Source: Prochlorococcus sp. AG-409-G20
GTDB lineage: Bacteria; Cyanobacteriota; Cyanobacteriia; PCC-6307; Cyanobiaceae
NCBI GenBank assembly: GCA_003215775.1
Contig: QCJW01000008.1
Span: 2,833 to 66,832 of the forward strand
Direction of reading: 5' to 3'
Length of the DNA stretch: 64,000 nucleotides
This document shows, piece by piece, positions 60,098-64,000 of the stretch. The translations under genes were made by a program, and so were the position numbers. The stretch's first letter is position 1; each line of letters begins with the position of its first letter. Under the pieces are notes generated by a model. That model ran no database searches, was not told where the DNA came from, and worked only from the letters and a program-made list of their open reading frames with translations.

Positions 60098-60826
60098 TCA
60101 AGGTGAAGTTGTTGCTCTTAATTGACCAATCAAACTAGAAAAACTCCTATTAACTGGAGCCTCTCTCTCATCAGGGTTAACTATACCTGCTGAAATAATA
60201 GTCCTAAAAGCATCCTCTACAGAAATATTTAAATCTCTAACTGAAGACTCTGGAACCAATGTGTACCAACCTGTAGTTGGGTTAGGTGCAGTAGGAATAA
60301 ATACACTTAAAAGTGGTTCATCAAGTTCTGGTTGAAGAGATGGACCAACTAATCCAGTCACAAAGCCAACACTAAATAAGCCTTCACGAGGATATTCAAC
60401 TAAGACGACTCTTCTAAAACGTTTTGAATTATCCCGAAGAAATGTTTCAAGAAGCTGCTTTAAAGTTTTATAAACTGATCCAGCGAGAGGAATTCTAGAA
60501 AGTGTTCCTTCACCAAATTCCAACAACCATCTACCAAAAATATTCCTAGCCATTAAACCGATCAACAAAATTGCCAACAAGGGGACTGTGACGCCCAAAG
60601 CCAAATTAATTAAATCTTGCAATAAAGGATTAAGGGTTATAAAAGGATTTAATTGCTTAGGTATCGAAGTAAGAAAAGCCAACACAAACCGACTAACAAT
60701 CGTCGACAACCAAATTGTGGTAGCTAATGGAATAACCACCAAAAGACCTGCAATTAGGTCGTTTTTAAGATCTTGCTGAAGCCTGGAAGCTAAAGGGAGA
60801 TCTGCTTTGGGAGTGGATTGCACCAA
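60098..60826 (-). CDS. DUF502-family membrane protein
   Basis: 242 aa. Two N-terminal transmembrane helices, then the layout RIPLAGSVYKTLKQL...VVLVEYPREG...PTAPNPTTGW as I recall it for DUF502. Confidence 0.7.
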   Translation of the reverse strand: MVQSTPKADLPLASRLQQDLKNDLIAGLLVVIPLATTIWLSTIVSRFVLAFLTSIPKQLNPFITLNPLLQDLINLALGVTVPLLAILLIGLMARNIFGRWLLEFGEGTLSRIPLAGSVYKTLKQLLETFLRDNSKRFRRVVLVEYPREGLFSVGFVTGLVGPSLQPELDEPLLSVFIPTAPNPTTGWYTLVPESSVRDLNISVEDAFRTIISAGIVNPDEREAPVNRSFSSLIGQLRATTSP

Positions 60827-60959
60827 AAAGATCGAAAGCCTATAAACTATTTAATTTAACCAACTTAACAATATTAAATTAGATAGGGGCTTTTAGTGCA
60901 CACCTTCTAGATCGAACAACACAAAAAGACAATCTCCACACTTTTCTACAAATTGAATT

Positions 60960-61934
60960 GTGAAACCTAACCAAAACTCAGAGCTATCTCAACTGAGTGC
61001 AGATTTAAAAAAAGAAGCCGAAAAAGAAGGGTTTAACCCTATAGGAATAGCTCGAATACCAGGAAGTCCAAGACTTGAATTACGAACAGCAGCACTACAA
61101 AGATGGATAAATGCTGGATATCACGGAGAAATGCAATGGATGAATAGTGCTAAAAGAGAAAAAGTAGATCTTCTTCTTGAAGGAGCCCAAAGTCTCTTAG
61201 CTGTAGGCCTCAACTACTTTGTCAACCAACAAACTGAACCAGACAGCTTAAAAATTGCTAGATATGCCTGGGGCAAGGACTATCACAAAGTTATCGAAAA
61301 AAGACTTCGGCGATTAGGGCATTGGCTCACACAAAAAAAACCAAACTGTAAATGGCGAGTATGTGTAGACAGCACACCGCTTTTAGATAAAGCATGGGCA
61401 GAAGAGGCTGGGATTGGCTGGATTGGTAAAAATTCGAACCTTATCAACCCCAAAAGTGGATCTTGGATGGTTATAGGTCATCTTTTATGTACAGAACCAT
61501 TAGTTCCAGACAAACCTTCAAAATCATTATGCGGACAATGTAAAAAATGTATAGAAGCTTGCCCAACAAAAGCTATAACTGAGCCATTTGTAGTTGACTC
61601 TCGAAGCTGTTTGGCATATCACACTATTGAAAATCGGAATAAAAAATTACCGGCAAGAATTGAGGAATCAATTGGGTCTTGGATTGCTGGTTGTGATATA
61701 TGTCAAGAAGTCTGCCCTTGGAACACAAAATCTAAGATTTTTACAAATGATCCAGATATGATTCCTCAAAATTGGATTTTAAGATTAACAAAAGCAGAAG
61801 CGTTGAAATGGAACGATGAAACATGGAAAGAGAAGTTAAGGGGTTCAGCATTAAAAAGAATTAAACCCTGGATGTGGCGTCGCAATGCAAACGCAATCAA
61901 GGTAAATTCATTAAATACTGAAATAAAGCAATGA
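60960..61934 (+). CDS. queG: Epoxyqueuosine reductase
   Basis: 324 aa. Two ferredoxin-type clusters, CGQCKKCIEACP and CDICQEVCPWN. GTG start. Confidence 0.88.
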   Translation: MKPNQNSELSQLSADLKKEAEKEGFNPIGIARIPGSPRLELRTAALQRWINAGYHGEMQWMNSAKREKVDLLLEGAQSLLAVGLNYFVNQQTEPDSLKIARYAWGKDYHKVIEKRLRRLGHWLTQKKPNCKWRVCVDSTPLLDKAWAEEAGIGWIGKNSNLINPKSGSWMVIGHLLCTEPLVPDKPSKSLCGQCKKCIEACPTKAITEPFVVDSRSCLAYHTIENRNKKLPARIEESIGSWIAGCDICQEVCPWNTKSKIFTNDPDMIPQNWILRLTKAEALKWNDETWKEKLRGSALKRIKPWMWRRNANAIKVNSLNTEIKQ

Positions 61935-62809
61935 AAAAAATCAATTATCTAATACCTTTTTTAATAAGCATTGGAGCAATATTACTTCCATTGCCAAGCA
62001 AAGCATTTATTCCTTATATATATGAACCTGAAGCAAAAAATCTAGAAAAGACAGGATTAAGTATTGCTAAATCAGCAGCCAAGTTACTACAAATAGGACA
62101 ACCAAAAGAAGCTGCTAGAATTGGATCTCTCGCAGTACGACTGAACCCAAAAGACTTCCGAATCTGGTTAATCTTGGCTGAGGCTCAAATAAAAAGTGAG
62201 AATATTGAACAAGCTAATCAATCGCTTGCTAAAGCAAAAAAATTAAATCCTAAAAATGCAGGAATTTGGTTTACCGAAGCTTCATTAGCACTTCAAGAAA
62301 AGAAAACCAAAACAGCGATAAAGCTTTTAGAAAAAGGTTTGTCCTTACAACCAGATAATGCGGGTGGATATTTTCAACTAGGAAATGCAAAAATTATCGA
62401 GGGAAAATTATATTTAGCGCTAGAAGATTTTAAAAAGTCTGTATCTTTAAAACCAAATTTCTGGGAAGCCCTTAACAATCAGGGGTTAATACTATTTGAA
62501 ATCAACCAGATTAAAAAAGCTATAAAAACTTGGCGAAAAGTTTTAGAAATACAAGTAAATGCAGAACCAATGCTTGCATTAGCATCAGCCCTTTACATCT
62601 CAAGTCCTGACAAGAAAGAAGCTATTCAATTAGCTATAGAAGCTTTAGAAAAAGATCCTAATTATGTTTCTTCAATTTATCAAAAAGAACAACTATGGGG
62701 AGACAAACTCATAAAGGCTAATAAACAACTGTTCAAAGAGGCTTCTCTAAAGCCTGCAATCGAAAAGGCAAAGTCAAATGCAACAGTAAAGCTGGTATCA
62801 AATAAATAA
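61931..62809 (+). CDS. TPR-repeat protein with a signal/anchor sequence
   Basis: 292 aa. Hydrophobic N-terminus and multiple 34-residue TPR-like repeats (W..LA.A......A...L.KA..L.P.N). ATGA overlap with the queG stop. Confidence 0.8.
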   Translation: MKKINYLIPFLISIGAILLPLPSKAFIPYIYEPEAKNLEKTGLSIAKSAAKLLQIGQPKEAARIGSLAVRLNPKDFRIWLILAEAQIKSENIEQANQSLAKAKKLNPKNAGIWFTEASLALQEKKTKTAIKLLEKGLSLQPDNAGGYFQLGNAKIIEGKLYLALEDFKKSVSLKPNFWEALNNQGLILFEINQIKKAIKTWRKVLEIQVNAEPMLALASALYISSPDKKEAIQLAIEALEKDPNYVSSIYQKEQLWGDKLIKANKQLFKEASLKPAIEKAKSNATVKLVSNK

Positions 62810-62871
62810 ACCTTGTTGATTTCAAATAGCTAAGTAGGCTTAGCGCTTCCCGGTACCTTTTCAGTTATTTG

Positions 62872-64000
62872 ATGGCCGAGGAGCGATTAAAACCAATTGC
62901 ACTGCATCAAGAAATGCAGCGCTCCTATCTCGAATACGCCATGAGCGTAATCGTAGGTAGAGCTCTACCCGACGTTAGAGATGGCTTAAAGCCAGTACAA
63001 AGGCGAATTTTATTCGCTATGCATGAATTAGGTCTAACTCCTGAAAGACCATATAGAAAATGCGCAAGAGTTGTAGGTGATGTACTGGGTAAATATCATC
63101 CACATGGTGATCAAGCTGTATATGACGCATTAGTTCGCCTTGTACAAACTTTTTCAAGTAGATTTCCCGTTCTAGATGGGCATGGAAATTTTGGATCAGT
63201 TGATGATGATCCCCCAGCAGCCATGCGATATACAGAAGCACGATTAGCTCCTATAGCCAATGAAGCTTTATTAGAAGAAATTGGATCAGAAACAGTTGAT
63301 TTCTCTCCTAATTTTGATGGGTCACACCAAGAACCATCAGTACTACCAGCACAGTTACCCTTTCTTTTGCTAAACGGATGCTCAGGAATTGCTGTTGGAA
63401 TGGCAACTAGTATCCCACCACACAATCTAAATGAAATAGTTGATGGTCTTATAGCTCTCATTAAAAAACCTGATTTGAGTAATGAAAAACTTTTAAAATA
63501 TATTCCTGGCCCAGATTTTCCTACTGGAGGAGAAGTATTAATAGGTAGTGGTATTAAAGAAACTTATGAAAAAGGTAAAGGAAGTATACCTATGAGAGGT
63601 GTATCACATTACGAAGAAATTGTTCCTGGAAAAGGAAAACATAAAAGAAGTGCCATAGTTATAACAGAATTACCTTATCAATTAAGTAAATCAGGTTGGA
63701 TAGAAAAACTAGCTGACCAAGTAAACGAAAGTAAAATAAATGGTATAGCGGATATAAGGGATGAAAGTGATAGAGAAGGAATGAGAATAGTAGTTGAATT
63801 AAGAAGAGATGCAGATCAAGAACAAGTTAAAAGAGAATTAGAAAGAAAAACATCATTTCAAAATAATTTTGGAGCCATTCTACTTGCTATTGTCCATGGT
63901 CAACCGAAACAATTATCTCTCAAAGAATTACTAGTGTTATTTATTGAATACAGAGAACTAACACTATTAAAAAGGACAAAATTTGCACATAGAAAAATCA
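62872..64000 (+). CDS. Type IIA topoisomerase subunit A (GyrA/ParC family), 3'-truncated by the window edge
   Basis: ATG at 62872, open to the end of the window, so absent from the ORF track. Motifs seen: [50 protein letters not shown] (catalytic Tyr) and [14 protein letters not shown]. Confidence 0.92.
   Translation, partial: MAEERLKPIALHQEMQRSYLEYAMSVIVGRALPDVRDGLKPVQRRILFAMHELGLTPERPYRKCARVVGDVLGKYHPHGDQAVYDALVRLVQTFSSRFPVLDGHGNFGSVDDDPPAAMRYTEARLAPIANEALLEEIGSETVDFSPNFDGSHQEPSVLPAQLPFLLLNGCSGIAVGMATSIPPHNLNEIVDGLIALIKKPDLSNEKLLKYIPGPDFPTGGEVLIGSGIKETYEKGKGSIPMRGVSHYEEIVPGKGKHKRSAIVITELPYQLSKSGWIEKLADQVNESKINGIADIRDESDREGMRIVVELRRDADQEQVKRELERKTSFQNNFGAILLAIVHGQPKQLSLKELLVLFIEYRELTLLKRTKFAHRKI

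Noticed and set aside
63017-63461. Two minus-strand ORFs (74 and 116 aa)
   Set aside because: They lie antisense within the clearly recognisable GyrA/ParC-family reading frame that starts at 62872.
1-64000. Scan for CRISPR arrays, rRNA operons, IS elements, transposases, integrases and prophage genes
   Set aside because: By eye I found no regularly spaced direct repeats, no rRNA-like conserved stretches, and no DDE, tyrosine- or serine-recombinase motifs in any listed ORF. The only tandem repeat is the Gly-codon repeat inside rbp.

Overview
AT-rich (about 37% GC by eye), very tightly packed bacterial chromosome segment. Gene content indicates a marine picocyanobacterium: a Flv3/Flv1 flavodiiron pair, Calvin-cycle-type gap2, a lumenal TLP40-like cyclophilin, an RRM-type Rbp, cbiD and a MEKHLA protein. 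From memory, the gene order (gyrA/parC-like, TPR, queG, DUF502, nusB, ftsY, rsbU-like, argH, rbp, dusA, msrB, grpE, dnaJ, and so on to alaS, speA, ndk, thiO, gatB, coaE, argJ) matches the origin-proximal core region of Prochlorococcus genomes read in reverse. That assignment is inference, since no search was run. About 60 protein genes and one tRNA-Gly(CCC) are supported. Two edge genes are absent from the ORF track: a 5'-truncated SAM methyltransferase at 1-624 and a 3'-truncated GyrA/ParC-family gene from 62872. I saw no rRNA, CRISPR array, transposase, integrase or prophage. Most of the window is housekeeping. The parts worth a second look are: (1) an operon of a long SNF2 ATPase, a SWIM zinc-finger protein and a translationally overlapped MEKHLA (PAS-like) protein; (2) a second SNF2 ATPase with a HARP-like N-terminus, divergently paired with a stand-alone HNH nuclease, which resembles a split SMARCAL1/ZRANB3 arrangement; (3) a low-GC accessory islet at 1-5280 (methyltransferase, DUF5672-like glycosyltransferase-like protein, membrane-anchored tandem-HeH protein, long non-coding gaps, a 42-bp palindrome); (4) a TRAP transporter with a Tat/lipoprotein-type binding protein. 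All family assignments come from motifs read in the translations and not from database searches.
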